From assembly GCA_964019335.1 (NCBI GenBank), contig OZ025722.1, forward strand, positions 310,001 through 374,000: a DNA stretch of 64,000 bases, in the 5' to 3' direction. This stretch comes from Diplonema japonicum. Lineage: Eukaryota > Protista > Euglenozoa: Diplonemea. A program made the translations under genes and the position numbers. Positions 44,120-55,890 of this stretch are shown here, piece after piece. The notes under the pieces are model-generated. The model searched no databases and was not told the origin of the DNA. It saw only the letters and a program-made list of their open reading frames with translations. How positions within the stretch are numbered: position 1 is the first letter of the stretch; every line of letters begins with the position of its first letter.

Positions 44120-44979
44120 AGTTTTATCGAGTTTGCAGCACGCTGCACACGCATAATGAGTCTTTGACTTGTCGCGGCAGACAAAAAAAAGGTTTTTCTT
44201 TTTTTTTTTTTTTTTTTTTTTTCCCCCTCCTCAAAACGTCTACTTTCATTCAGTAGTCACATCTCTCACCCTTACTTTGGCACCCCCGTTACTTTTCAAA
44301 AGAAAAAAAAAAAAAAAGAAGAAGAAAGAGTGCGTTTCCACCCGCGCTTTTCAATCACAGGAGGCCACGGGGAGGTTGAATGAAGTAAAAAAAAGAATGA
44401 GAGAACGAGATTGTAGGAAGAAAAAAAAACCCCCCGATAAAAACTGTAAAAACGGGGGGGGGGGGGGGGGGGTGCTGGGCTGAAAAAGGTATCCGAGCGA
44501 AAGGAGAATTTCTTGAAGGCCGTTGGAGGAATCAGGGAAATTTGTCAGCTCAACATCCCCCCCCCCCCCCCCACTTTTTGCAGTATCAAAAAAAAAAAAA
44601 AAAAAAAGCGAAAGAACAAAAAAAAAAAGATCCTCCCTGCTCCTCCCTCTTCTCTTTCCTCATCCCTACACGACGACAGTTACAGTTTCTTTTTTTTTTC
44701 CTTCATGCACATCTATCTATTATCTATTATTTGTTCACACTATCTATTCTAACACAAGTATGTTCACTCCCCCCCTTTCCCTTCCCTTTATTTCCCCCCG
44801 CCCCCCCCAACATGTTCCATCAAGCTTGCAATATTTCTTTTTTAATTCTCACCGAACTGAGGAAAATGGAGGGAAAAATGGGGTGTCCCACAACTCCATT
44901 TATATACTTTACAAAAAAAAAGGGGGGGAAAGAGGGGGGAGGGGGGAGAAAGCAAAGGTGGATCTCCCACCACACAAAA

Positions 44980-47364
44980 ATGGCATCTTCATATGTCACA
45001 CAAATGCCTGCTTTCGGAGGTCAGCAGAAGGGAATATTCGGAAGTTACGGAGAAAGGCAAATCTCTAACGATGAATCGTACGGGAGAATGGTGCTGGAAC
45101 AGGTGGAGCGAGGTCTACGAGGGGATCTGGAGCAAAACGCCACGGGGCTTCTAAGAAAAACAGAAGCCCACGCCATCGCAAGGAAACAAGAGGCACGATG
45201 GAGGAAACAGGTCTCGGTATTCGCGGTTGAAGAGCAAATCGAACGAGACTACCTCCTCGGCAAAGAACGCACCCGACGAACCTTCAAATACCTATTCGTT
45301 AAAGAGTCCGCTGCACGTTACGATATACAATGTGAGGAGCAATGGAAACACCGCCACGATATATGCGTCGCCGGAACCTCGCTCAACAACTTCGCGGGAA
45401 AATGTTTACATTTGATGAGATCAATTTACATGAAGGAAATTTCAGGCAGGCAGGCTATCAACGACACGGAAAAGAGAGACCTTCATGAAGTCATGTTGGA
45501 ACATGTTGCTTCAAGCGTCAAAATAGAAGCTGATTTTCAGATTCGCTGTGCCTCGAAAATCCCTGTGAAAAAAGAAGCCGTACCAGTCGGTTTAACCCCC
45601 ACCCCGCCTGTACAGCTCCCGTCGTTTATGGCGGATGCAGGGCTTGACTCATCGTGCTCAGATGTACCGCCTCGAAGGGAGTATATCAACGCAAGGTTTC
45701 GAACAGCAACGCCGCTGCTGACACAGCACACACCCCCAGCAGGGTTTCGTCCGACCTTGCCGTCAAGGCCAAAGACAGCAACGGTCAAACCAACGCCGAG
45801 GCATCAGGTTGTTGCGGTGTTTTTGAACCATTCTTACAGCAGCTTGGTCGGCAACAAGGAGTCGCGTGGTCGAGACGCCATTGTTTTACAAGAGGTCGAG
45901 GAACGTTCCGACCTGCACCTCTCGCACGGTACCACGGAGCTGCAGATTTTGTCGAACACCAAGCCTTCGATTCCCTTTTACAAAGCAGGGGAGGAGGACT
46001 GCGACAAAAAACATATGACGCAACGCAAGCTCACCGCGAAGGAGTACGTCACCGCGATGCGGCAGTCGCTAGCTGACATGTTGAGGACTGGCGGCGACAC
46101 GAAGCTCTCGGCGACCGGTGCGCAGGAGTTCATCGACTTGAAAGAGAAGCGATCCAACAACAACGAAACTATGGACGCAGACACCGCAGCAGCAAGAATA
46201 CAACGAAACTGGCGGCGCCACCTTGCCGTGGAACACCGCAACACGCTACAACACAACCTCCGCACAATGCTCCACCAGGACAACGTGACTGCCGCTTTAA
46301 AAATCATCACTCAAGGCGTGCTCATCTACAACGCAAGGCGGGAGCTACGCGAGCGGGCGAGAAAGGTTCTAGAAAGCATTGTGTCAGAGCAACGCTGCGA
46401 AGCGGCAAGCCGCATACAGGGCTTTACAAGAATGGTCAAAGCGAAACAGACGAAGCAGGACAGACAACTACGTATTTCCAAACACGTGAAGAACCTTATG
46501 GAGGGAACAGAAGAAAAGGAACCACGATTCGCCCGCTTTGCGTCAACTATTCAGCTTGCGTACAGGCAACACGCTGCAAGGAACGCTTTAAAAACCCGAC
46601 AGACTGCCGTTCTCAACCACCTCAAACGGGAAATTGCTGCGTACTCCCTCCAACGCACCCTCGGCACATTCGCCGCACGGAAAGAAGCCAGGAAACGGCG
46701 TAGTGCTATAAAACAGTACATTGGAAAGATGAACAAAGGTGCTCCGGACAAGAAGGACATCGCCGCCACTAGAATACAGACGATCGCAAGGGGGTACCTT
46801 GCCAGAAGGCTTCTGCGGGCAAAGCGTCGCGAGATGACGAAGTACTTCATTGCTGAGGAGATACCCTGCACGGAGGCGGCCAGAAAAGAGTTGGAGAACA
46901 TCGGAAACAAGGTGCCGGACATGTTGTTCGAAACGCTAAGCAGTCGTCCTTCATGCAGCGTGTGTCAAGATAATTGGTTTTGTCTTTCTGTGCTTCAAGC
47001 TGCCGTACAGGTGTGCATGCAGGGGGGGGGGGGGGGGGGGGGTGGGGGTAAGGGGGTGTTTTCCCCACTTTTCTGTAAACCGTGGTCGCTGTCTGCATAC
47101 AAATAAGTGCTCAGACGTGCTCTTGCATAGTATTATTATTTGAAAGATGCGACCACTCTTCATCTGCATCGTTGTCATGTCGTCCAGATCTTGTGAATTC
47201 GCTTTTCGGTGCATCTATGTGCCAAGGGGGACCAAAAAAAAAAAAAATAGATGTCTGTCAACGAAGGTACGCTCAAGAGCAAACACAGCGGGGCAGGGTT
47301 GCTTCTCGCAGTTGACGTGAATTCTTTGAAGGAAACAGGGGAGCTGGATAAAGAAAAAGATTAA
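44980..47364 (+). CDS. Multi-IQ-motif coiled-coil protein; probable intron 47011-47250 and last exon 47251-47364
   Basis: About six IQ-like motifs (AAARIQRNWRRH, AASRIQGFTR, FASTIQLAYRQH, AATRIQTIARGYLAR). The ORF runs into poly-G right after CAG|GTGTGC, and an in-frame coding-like segment follows A16-TAG at 47250. The 3' exon structure is uncertain. Confidence 0.72.
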
Positions 47365-47502
47365 CGGGCGTTTTTCCAAGCACCCAGGAATCAGAAAGGA
47401 AACAGGGGAGCTTCCTCCCTCCTCTCCTTTTTCTTTATACAAGAGACCAAAAGGAGGAGTGTCTCAAGGACCTCCTGTAACTCATAATTTTTTTTTTTTT
47501 TT

Positions 47503-47703
47503 TTGTTACACAATATTTATCTTTCAAAATATGATTTTATAACTATATGCAACTTGTGCCGAGCCAAAAAAAAAAAAAAAAAAAAAATAGTAGGCGATCC
47601 TGTCACATACTGCAGGTTCCCTTCAAAGACATCTTTTTTCGCAGCTTTTTAAAACCCTTTTTTTTGCTCGTGCGAAGAACAAAGACATATAGTCATAAAG
47701 AAT
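47503..47703 (+). repeat. Repeat family D copy carrying a family E unit (47591-47630)
   Basis: Direct matches to 16963-17114 and 26495-26534. Confidence 0.8.
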
Positions 47704-48152
47704 TATTTTTCCGTCTTCTTTTTTTCTTTTTCAAAGTTCGGGGGGAAGCTCTTGAAGAACAATCTCCTCCCCCTCCCTCCCATAGTAATTTTCTTTTCTT
47801 TCGTCATCTTCACTTTCTTTTTCCTTTGGGGGGGGTTTTTTTTTCGGTGTGAACCAAGTGAGTGCCAAAAAGCACCGTTTCGTCCGCAGAAGAATGACAC
47901 ACACATACACACAAAAGGAACCGGCCCAGTGGGCGACAAGAGAAACGAGAGTATATTTTTTTCTAAAAATATTGAGTGTACCAAAAAAAAAAGAAAAAGA
48001 AAACCCACGTTTCTTTTCCTTATGTTCCGTGTAAAAGGCCCCTCCCACCCCTCATTTTCCCACTTACACCTTTTCTAAAAACTAAGCGAAAATATTTCAT
48101 TAAGGGAGAGGGAGGGCGGGGGAGAGAGAGGGGGGGGGGGGAAAGAAAAAAA

Positions 48153-50276
48153 ATGTCAAACCGACGCAGCGCGATAATGGTAGGAATGCTGTTGGGGATC
48201 CTGGTGTACACGTTCCTGGTGTTGCAGGAAGGGGCAGGGGTCGAGGAGAAAGTGTTGACCATTCAACAAATACAACAACTTCAACAACAGCACACACCGC
48301 CCACAACACCTGACTTCAAGCCAAAGCCCTCCGGGGTACTCTCCCTGAGCACTGTGGCAAACCCCTCAGGACGGTGGGTGTGGGCCAAATCGTACGAACA
48401 CCCGGACATCATCGTCGTACTCGGGAAAGCCGATGCCAACAGAGTCGACAAGCTATCAAGGGAAGGGTTCTTGGTGTGGGAACCCCGCAACATATTCTAC
48501 TGCTCGCAGAACGCTTTCAACTGCGGCTCCAACTTCGGGTTTGTACAGTACCTCTACGACCCTTCGGACGTTAAACCAGAGCGAGACACAACTGTGTTCT
48601 TGGATGCTGACGAAGCAGTGTCCATCGACTCCATCAAGAAAAAAATCACAGAAGCACGAGCATCTCAACAAATGACTCACCTTTCATCAGGGCCGAAACC
48701 GACGCCCGGCGACCCAGCCGCACGCTCTGTTTTCAACGATGTGTTTGGGAAGCACCGTATGATACACACTGAGGATGGTGCACGACTGCAACACATCACC
48801 ACCTCTTTCGTTGTTCCCAAAACACCGATGTCCCAGAACTCGAAGGACTTCTACGTCATGCTGTACCAGTTCCTTATCCACGATGACAGAAGTTCTACAG
48901 AATTCTTCAATCAGGTATACTACTATATATGGGGCGGGGTCTACCCACCGACTGTGTCACCCGACGGTGCGTACCCTCGGTTATACCCCGCTGGGAAGGT
49001 GGTCACAGGTACTTACGAGCATTCCAACAACCAGTTCGGGTTGTGGTCGCGAAGGACGGACCCTGAATTTGCGTTTAAACAAAGTACAGTTGTCGTGTTC
49101 GGTGGGGTGACTGATGATTCGTCGCACATTCTCGTCGATAAAGGATTTCTCGTTTGGAAGTGCCGTGTGAAATGTGTGTACGGCCCGAACTGTCGGGAAC
49201 ACTGGGGGTTTCTTCATTATCTTGCGGATGAAACTGGGTCGAAACCAACGCGTCCCCACGCATCGTTCATCCACGGGCACCTCTCGTCGATTCGACACCA
49301 CCGGCTCATCCCGTTGTGGGAGCTTCTTGAAGACAGTTTGAAGTGCGCTGTGAAAACCCAGCGTTTCGCGCCGCTGTCGTATGTCCCAACCTTCCGCGGT
49401 GTCGACGCAGCAGGTGGAATCGTACAGTTTTGGAACAAAGAGTTCGGGAAGTACAGGACTATGCCTAAGAATACAGGTTTGCACCATTTCTGTTGCGCGC
49501 AGTTCACGTTGCCGCAAAAGGTGATCGATGCGAACCCGAAGGCGTTGTACGCAGACTCCTTGGAGTATACCAAAACCAACCCACAGTCGAACGGGGTGTC
49601 CTGGGAACTAAGCTGGCACTTCATGTTCGGTGAAAACCTCGACGTTAACGTTTCAGAGGACACGTGCGAACCAGAGCTCCCTCCTTCATGGCTGTCGCCC
49701 AACAAGCGAGCCAACCGAATCGGTGTATGGGACGACACGTCAACCGTCGACAATCTTGTTATCGTGATCGGGTTGGACTATACAGATACACTTCCGGCAC
49801 CGAAGGCGTTCCTCGAAAGGGGTTATACTGTGTGGGTAAGACGCCCTTTGAAGGAGATTCACAAGGGTTCCCGCACTGAGGTGAAGGGATACTTGACTTA
49901 CTTAACTGATATGTACCGTGTTCAGAGGGAGAAGGTTGTGTTTATCAGGGGTGATGAGGAGGTGGATGATGCGTTCATTGCTCAGATCAAGGCTGCCGCT
50001 GCCATGGTATCTGTGAAGAAGCCTTTCGCGCCGGTAGGGAACCCAACAGGGTCGGTATCTCTGCCTGACCCTAAGGCGTATGAGAAGCATATGCAGACAC
50101 GATGCGGCGCTCGCGTATTTGACAAGGCTGTTCCTGACATCTCCCGATTTGTTGTAATGCAAGAGGTGATTGACAAAAGGCGTTACTGCCTCACGCAGGC
50201 CTATATCACCTGTGATTACGATTATTCAGGCTCGGAACACCTGAAGCTCCGCAAGTTTTGGGAGTTTTTGTTCTAG
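48153..50276 (+). CDS. Type II membrane protein with three tandem DUF3431-like (glycosyltransferase-like) repeats
   Basis: N-terminal TM anchor and P/T/Q stem. The middle repeat has REHWGFLHYL, FIHGH, CCAQF and WELSWHFMFGE motifs; the flanking repeats are alignable but degenerate. Confidence 0.7.
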   Translation: MSNRRSAIMVGMLLGILVYTFLVLQEGAGVEEKVLTIQQIQQLQQQHTPPTTPDFKPKPSGVLSLSTVANPSGRWVWAKSYEHPDIIVVLGKADANRVDKLSREGFLVWEPRNIFYCSQNAFNCGSNFGFVQYLYDPSDVKPERDTTVFLDADEAVSIDSIKKKITEARASQQMTHLSSGPKPTPGDPAARSVFNDVFGKHRMIHTEDGARLQHITTSFVVPKTPMSQNSKDFYVMLYQFLIHDDRSSTEFFNQVYYYIWGGVYPPTVSPDGAYPRLYPAGKVVTGTYEHSNNQFGLWSRRTDPEFAFKQSTVVVFGGVTDDSSHILVDKGFLVWKCRVKCVYGPNCREHWGFLHYLADETGSKPTRPHASFIHGHLSSIRHHRLIPLWELLEDSLKCAVKTQRFAPLSYVPTFRGVDAAGGIVQFWNKEFGKYRTMPKNTGLHHFCCAQFTLPQKVIDANPKALYADSLEYTKTNPQSNGVSWELSWHFMFGENLDVNVSEDTCEPELPPSWLSPNKRANRIGVWDDTSTVDNLVIVIGLDYTDTLPAPKAFLERGYTVWVRRPLKEIHKGSRTEVKGYLTYLTDMYRVQREKVVFIRGDEEVDDAFIAQIKAAAAMVSVKKPFAPVGNPTGSVSLPDPKAYEKHMQTRCGARVFDKAVPDISRFVVMQEVIDKRRYCLTQAYITCDYDYSGSEHLKLRKFWEFLF

Positions 50277-50794
50277 TGTGTTTTTTTTCTTTCTTTTTTT
50301 TTTAAAAAAGAAGGGGGGAGGAATAAGACGTACGAATTAGCTTTTGTTTGTGGAAGACCCCCCCCGACCCCATATATATGTTGTCTCCTCCTTCTTTCTT
50401 TTTTTCCTTTTTTTTTTGTGAAAACTGGATCCCCTGAATTCTTCTATTTTTTTTCACCCCCCCTACTCCTGACCCTGCAAAGCCCTGCTACTTTATTCGT
50501 GATGGTGTGTCCGTCTCGAGTTTTTCTTATCCTAAGTTAAAAAAAAAGAATTGGGAGTGGTGGTGTCCCACCGTTTTTGAAAAAAATGAGAAGAAGCGAA
50601 ATGAAAAAAAAAAGGGGCGGGGGGTGGGCCCTGGTTTTTTATAAGAACTTTTATTACGAAATAGAGAAGCAAAAAAAAAGAAGAAGCTTTGTTTTCTGTT
50701 CATTTTTCAATTTTCTTTTTTTGTCCTTCACATACTCAAAAAGAAAAAAAAAAAACCATCCCACAGATAATAGAAAAGACACCTTTGAGAAAAA

Positions 50795-53700
50795 ATGAAA
50801 AGAGTCTTTGTACTGCTGGCGCTTGCCTGCAGTCAGGTTGAAGCGCAAACAGCTGCGCAGTGTCAGGAATGTGTGAACAAGGGAAGTGTGAACTGCTACA
50901 ACGCAGCGTGGGGTGCACCTTGCCACAGTGGGATTGATGAGCCGACGTGCGTGGCTGCAGGGAACACATGGTGCCCTTCGATGTCTGGCGTGTACCCCTC
51001 GACCCCTGCACCGCCCTTGCCTCCTGGTGCCAATGTGGCAGCTTCTCATGACCACCGCCTAATTGCTTATGTCGGGAACTGGCAACCCTGTCCCACCATT
51101 GACCAGTTCGCCCAATACACCCACATCCTCGTCTCCTTTGCCGTGACGTACAGCTACGCAACGCCGAAGAACACGTGCAACACTGCCTGCACCATTGCTT
51201 CGCCTGTCGCTATTTGCCAGAATGCCGTCAACCCCACTCTCGTCTCCGAATGGCAGGCCGCTGGGAAAAAAGTCATTCTTTCCTTCGGCGGTGCCGGGAT
51301 GGGGGGGTCATGGGACGGCCTCAATGACTGCTGGACATATTGCTACGGGAAGGAGGCCTCTGTGGTCAGCCAGCTCAAGACAATCGTCGACGCGCAGGGC
51401 TTCGACGGGGTGGACATCGACTACGAGTACTACTACGAGAACGGGCAGAAGGGCTCCACCTTCTCGAGGGGTGCCGAGGCGCAGAAGTTCCTTAGGGACG
51501 TGACGACAGGCCTCCGCACCAGTCTCAGCGCTGATAAGGAAGTCACCCACGCCCCGATGGACATCGACCTAGTGAAGGGCACAGGCTACTACAACGTCAT
51601 CAAGACCGTCGCCAGTTCCATGGACTTCATCATGCCGCAGTACTACAACGGTGTCACCAGGCCCGCGGCAGATGGTATTGAAAACACAGGCCAGGGCACA
51701 GTAGCTGCCTTGCCTCACTTCAAAGATCTTGTCGACGACTGCTTCGGTGGCGACGCGAAGAAGGTGATCTTCGGATTCTGCATCAACGACTGCGGGGGCA
51801 CCGGCTCCAATGCCAACGCAGCAGCTGCTATCAAGGTGCTGCAAGACTTGAAGAAAACTTATTCGTGCCACGGGGGTGCCTTCTTCTGGGTCGCTAATGA
51901 CGACAGCGCTGGGTCGTGGTCTAAGGCAGTCGGCAACGAGCTGCTCCCCGACAGGGGTTGCATGATGACGATGGACACGACCGCTCCTGACACGCCGGCC
52001 CCCGACACATCTGCACCCGACACACCTAGCCCCGACACACCCAGTCCTGACACACCAAGCCCTGGCACACCTAGCCCTGACACACCTGCTCCGGACACGT
52101 CGGCCCCTGATACTATGTCGCCTGATACACCCGCCCCCGATACTACTGTTCCTGATACCACCGCTCCAGACACGGATGCACCTGCCACAGATGCTCCGGA
52201 CACGGATGCACCTGCTACAGATGCTCCTGACACGAACGTACCTGACACGGATTCTCCGGACACACCTGCTCCAGACACGATGACACCTGCAACACCTGCC
52301 CCGCCTGGGATGACAGCAACACCTACAGCAATGCCTACCACAGCTCCTGACACGGCAGAGCCCACAGCCATGCCCACAGGTGCTCCTGACACCATGGCAC
52401 CTATTACGCCTGCCCCGGGCACGAATGCACCTCCCACAGATGCCCCCGACACGAACGCACCTGACACGGATTCTCCGGACACACCTGCTCCAGACACGAC
52501 GACTCCTGCGACACCTGCCCCTCCTGGGATGACAGCAACACCTACAGCAATGCCTACCACAGCTCCAGACACGAATGCACCTGCCACAGATGCTCCGGAC
52601 ACGAATGCTCCGGACACGAACGTACCTGACACGGATTCTCCGGACACACCTGCTCCAGACACGATGACTCCTGTGACACCTGCCCCGCCTGGGATGACAG
52701 CAACACCTACAGCAATGCCTACCACAGCTCCTGACACAGCAGAGCCCACAGCCATGCCCACAAGTGCTCCCGCCACTATGGCACCTGACACAAATGCACC
52801 GGATACGAATGCACCTGATACGACTGCTCCTGTTACCACCGTTCCCGTTACAGCCGCACCGCCCGGTATGACTGCCACACCAACGGCTGTGCCCACAGGT
52901 GCTCCAATGACGGGAGCACCCGACACAATGCCGCCAACGACACTCTCACCGCCCGTGACGAGTGCCCCGAGGACAGAAGCACCGGCTACCAACGTGCCAA
53001 CAACGGCTGCCCCACCTGGGCAGACCGCCACCCCAACCGCTGAGCCGACAGCTATGCCCACCGATGCTCCTCGTACAGAAGCTCCCAAGACCAACCCACC
53101 GACGACAGCTGCACCCCCTGGTCAGACCGCGACACCCACTGCAATGCCAACTGACGCGCCTGCTACCAACTCACCTACGACTGCCGCACCGCCCGGGCAG
53201 ACAGCTACTCCAACGGCAACCCCAACAGGTGTGCCGGCAACAAACGCCCCTACGACCCTGGCGCCTGGGAAGACAGCGACTCCAACAGCTACCCCAACAG
53301 GTGCGCCGGCAACAAACGCCCCTGCGACCTTGGCACCTGGGAAGACAGCCATCCCAACGGCCACGCCAGTCACGACTGCTGCGCCACCTGGGCAGACTGC
53401 CATGCCCACAGATGCTCCTAGCACAGCAGCACCGAACACCAATGCCCCTAGCACAGCAGCACCGAACACCAACTCGCCGGCAACCTCCACCAATGCTCCT
53501 AGCACAGAAGCACCTGTTGTCACACCGGTTCCAGCAGGTGTGATCGATGAATGCTCGCAGGGTGCCTGCGGCAGCGGTCAGGTGTGCAATGATCCTGTGA
53601 AGACCGCCGAGTCCGTGAACGACTTCACGTGTGCGTGTGCAAATGATGCAGAAAACAAAGCGACTGGGGGGCCTGTGCCAACGTGCGTGGTCGACGAGTG

Positions 53701-54838
53701 TGCCAGCAAGCCTTGCGGCAGCGGCCAGACGTGCAACGACCCGAACACAAGCGCGCGCAGCATGTTTGACTTTGTGTGCCAGTGCAACAACGACGCTACA
53801 TCAGCGAAGGGGAAGCCCAGTGTGTGCATGTACGACGAGTGCACCAGCAAGCCATGCGGCGAGCAGATGTGCACGGACACAATGGATGCCTTCAGTTCTC
53901 GCGGGGACTTCCTGTGCATGTGCACAAACGGCGCAAACGCGACGGGAGCACCTGCTGTGTGCGTGCAGGGAAGCCTGGACGAGTGCACATCCTCGCCAGC
54001 ACCGTGCGGCGACAAGCAGTCGTGCGTGGACCCCGACCAGTCCACTGGCAGCACAGGAGACTTCATCTGCAGCTGCAACGAAACGGGTAAAGGGAGCAAC
54101 AAGGGATCCCCTGCTACTTGCCAGCTGGATGAGTGCGAGGCCGACGTATGCGGTGCCATGGCAACGTGCGTGGACAAGAACAAGGCGGCGGACAGCACAG
54201 ACGACTACATGTGCACGTGCACCGCACCGTACGAAGGGAACTCAACAGGGAGCATGCCGCAGTGCGTGATCGACGAGTGCGCGACAAAGCCATGCGGGGA
54301 CGAGCAGGTGTGCGATGACCCCAACAAGGAGACAAAAGGGGACTTCACATGCACGTGCGACAACGGGAACAACGCGAAGGGAGGCAGCGCTGTCTGCATT
54401 GTGGACGAGTGCAAGACCCCCGGCGTGTGCGCAGAGGGTGCCAACTGCACTGACCCGAACCACGGCACGAGAGGCGACCTACTATGCGGTGCGGCGGGTG
54501 AGGACGAATGCCTTGCGGACCCATGCGGGGAGGGCCAGACCTGCAAGGAGGTGAGCTACAGTGTGCGGAAAGACTTCATATGTACCTGCAAGTCTGACAG
54601 CTCTGCCACCGCAGTCGGGAAGCCTGCTGACTGTTCTTCCTCGTCATCACCCCTTCTCATCATTCTCATCATCATAGGGGCCGTGCTGTTGGTTTGCGGT
54701 GCTGCCGGTTTCTTCTTGTTCAAGAAGTTCAGGCAGCCAGAGGTTTCTGTTACCGAGTTCTTGAAGGCTACAGAGGTTTCGGAGATGGAGGAAAACTTGA
54801 ATTCGCCTTTATATACTACAGGGAACGGGGCCGTCTAG
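50795..54838 (+). CDS. Membrane-anchored GH18 chitinase: signal peptide, small Cys-rich module, GH18, long Thr/Pro/Ala mucin stalk, 8 EGF-like repeats, TM, short tail
   Basis: KVILSFGG and FDGVDIDYE (DxxDxDxE intact), MPQYYN, GGAFFW; TM LLIILIIIGAVLLVCGAAGFFLF. Confidence 0.92.
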   Translation: MKRVFVLLALACSQVEAQTAAQCQECVNKGSVNCYNAAWGAPCHSGIDEPTCVAAGNTWCPSMSGVYPSTPAPPLPPGANVAASHDHRLIAYVGNWQPCPTIDQFAQYTHILVSFAVTYSYATPKNTCNTACTIASPVAICQNAVNPTLVSEWQAAGKKVILSFGGAGMGGSWDGLNDCWTYCYGKEASVVSQLKTIVDAQGFDGVDIDYEYYYENGQKGSTFSRGAEAQKFLRDVTTGLRTSLSADKEVTHAPMDIDLVKGTGYYNVIKTVASSMDFIMPQYYNGVTRPAADGIENTGQGTVAALPHFKDLVDDCFGGDAKKVIFGFCINDCGGTGSNANAAAAIKVLQDLKKTYSCHGGAFFWVANDDSAGSWSKAVGNELLPDRGCMMTMDTTAPDTPAPDTSAPDTPSPDTPSPDTPSPGTPSPDTPAPDTSAPDTMSPDTPAPDTTVPDTTAPDTDAPATDAPDTDAPATDAPDTNVPDTDSPDTPAPDTMTPATPAPPGMTATPTAMPTTAPDTAEPTAMPTGAPDTMAPITPAPGTNAPPTDAPDTNAPDTDSPDTPAPDTTTPATPAPPGMTATPTAMPTTAPDTNAPATDAPDTNAPDTNVPDTDSPDTPAPDTMTPVTPAPPGMTATPTAMPTTAPDTAEPTAMPTSAPATMAPDTNAPDTNAPDTTAPVTTVPVTAAPPGMTATPTAVPTGAPMTGAPDTMPPTTLSPPVTSAPRTEAPATNVPTTAAPPGQTATPTAEPTAMPTDAPRTEAPKTNPPTTAAPPGQTATPTAMPTDAPATNSPTTAAPPGQTATPTATPTGVPATNAPTTLAPGKTATPTATPTGAPATNAPATLAPGKTAIPTATPVTTAAPPGQTAMPTDAPSTAAPNTNAPSTAAPNTNSPATSTNAPSTEAPVVTPVPAGVIDECSQGACGSGQVCNDPVKTAESVNDFTCACANDAENKATGGPVPTCVVDECASKPCGSGQTCNDPNTSARSMFDFVCQCNNDATSAKGKPSVCMYDECTSKPCGEQMCTDTMDAFSSRGDFLCMCTNGANATGAPAVCVQGSLDECTSSPAPCGDKQSCVDPDQSTGSTGDFICSCNETGKGSNKGSPATCQLDECEADVCGAMATCVDKNKAADSTDDYMCTCTAPYEGNSTGSMPQCVIDECATKPCGDEQVCDDPNKETKGDFTCTCDNGNNAKGGSAVCIVDECKTPGVCAEGANCTDPNHGTRGDLLCGAAGEDECLADPCGEGQTCKEVSYSVRKDFICTCKSDSSATAVGKPADCSSSSSPLLIILIIIGAVLLVCGAAGFFLFKKFRQPEVSVTEFLKATEVSEMEENLNSPLYTTGNGAV
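51971..53540 (+). repeat. Coding tandem repeats (PDTxA 15-bp units and larger PPGMTATPTAMPT blocks)
   Basis: Visible in-frame minisatellite inside the chitinase gene. Confidence 0.9.
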
Positions 54839-55821
54839 GTGCGGCGTGAAGCTTGTGAGTGAAGGAAAGCCCGCGGCACTTTGATGTGTGTTTTTGTGAC
54901 CATCGTTGTGATTCGTTTTTGTTTTTTTTAATTTTTTTTGTTTAGTTTCACCCCTCACTCTCCCCCTCCCCGTATCGCGGGACGCAGGAGAACGGGTGCC
55001 CCCCCCCCCCCCCCCCCCCCCCCCTGACCCTGGTCGGGTTGGCGATTTGCAAGGGACTAAAAAATACAAAAAAAAAAAATCCCGTTTTTTTTTTTTTTTT
55101 TTTTTTTTTTTTGTTTTTAACGTCTCATATCTCTAAGCCCGCGTTGCATCCCATAAATTATTTTCCCTCAGAAGGGATTATTCCTTCGTGACAGCATGCT
55201 GGAACCTATGGGAGAGAATTTCGCGGTCAATCTTAGAGCAAGTACAAAGATTGACTAGACTGGTTTTAGAGATATAGGTCGTACCTTCTTCCTCGTTTTT
55301 TTTTTTCCCCCTAAAAGATTTCTGTTTTCCTACTTTTATTTCTCTCCTCCTAAAAGTATTTTGGTGAATAATTTACTTTTTATTTTTTTTTATTTCCTTT
55401 TTTTTTTTTTTTTTAAAGAAGGAGTCCTCGCGCGGATCTTACCTTTATACATAAAAACTGTTTTTTTTCTTCTTTCTTTCTTTCTTTTTTTCCCCTCCAT
55501 GTGCATGTGTTTTTGTGTTTTATGGAATTGAACTTGTGGGAAGAAAAAAAAAGTGAATCTTTTTTTTTTTTTTTTTTGAACAATCTTTTTTTTATTTGGC
55601 ACATCTAAAAGTGATTTCTTTTTTTTTTGTATTTTTTTTTGTCCCCTTCCCTGTCCTCATTGAAACAACAGAGATACAGAAACGCACTTTCAAGAAAAAA
55701 AGTTTTTTTTGTTTAACCCTGTAAACGGTATATTATCAGGGGAACCAAAGGGAGAAAAGGGAAGAAAAAAAATAGGGAGCTTTATTCGTGCATTTCTCTC
55801 CCCCCCCCCCCCCCCCCCCAG

Positions 55822-55890
55822 GGCTATGTTGGCAAGATTTATTTTTTAAAAAAAAAAGCTTGGAAACAGCGTTTCCTTGCCGACATAGCC
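55822..55890. repeat. Small inverted-repeat element (15-bp arms) with an internal hairpin
   Basis: GGCTATGTTGGCAAG ... CTTGCCGACATAGCC (14/15 complementary); GGAAAC-AGC-GTTTCC inside. Confidence 0.6.

Noticed and set aside
30700-44900. Dozens of short ORFs rich in poly-Phe, poly-Lys, poly-Pro or poly-Gly in the intergenic parts of this interval
   Set aside because: They are translations of homopolymer runs that lack stop codons by composition. Only the cyclase paralog at 36388-38913 is a real gene here.
51859-53523. Long minus-strand ORFs (411 aa etc.) and a CRISPR-like periodic look
   Set aside because: Antisense shadow of the in-frame T/P/A coding repeat; there is no constant repeat with unique spacers and the context is eukaryotic.
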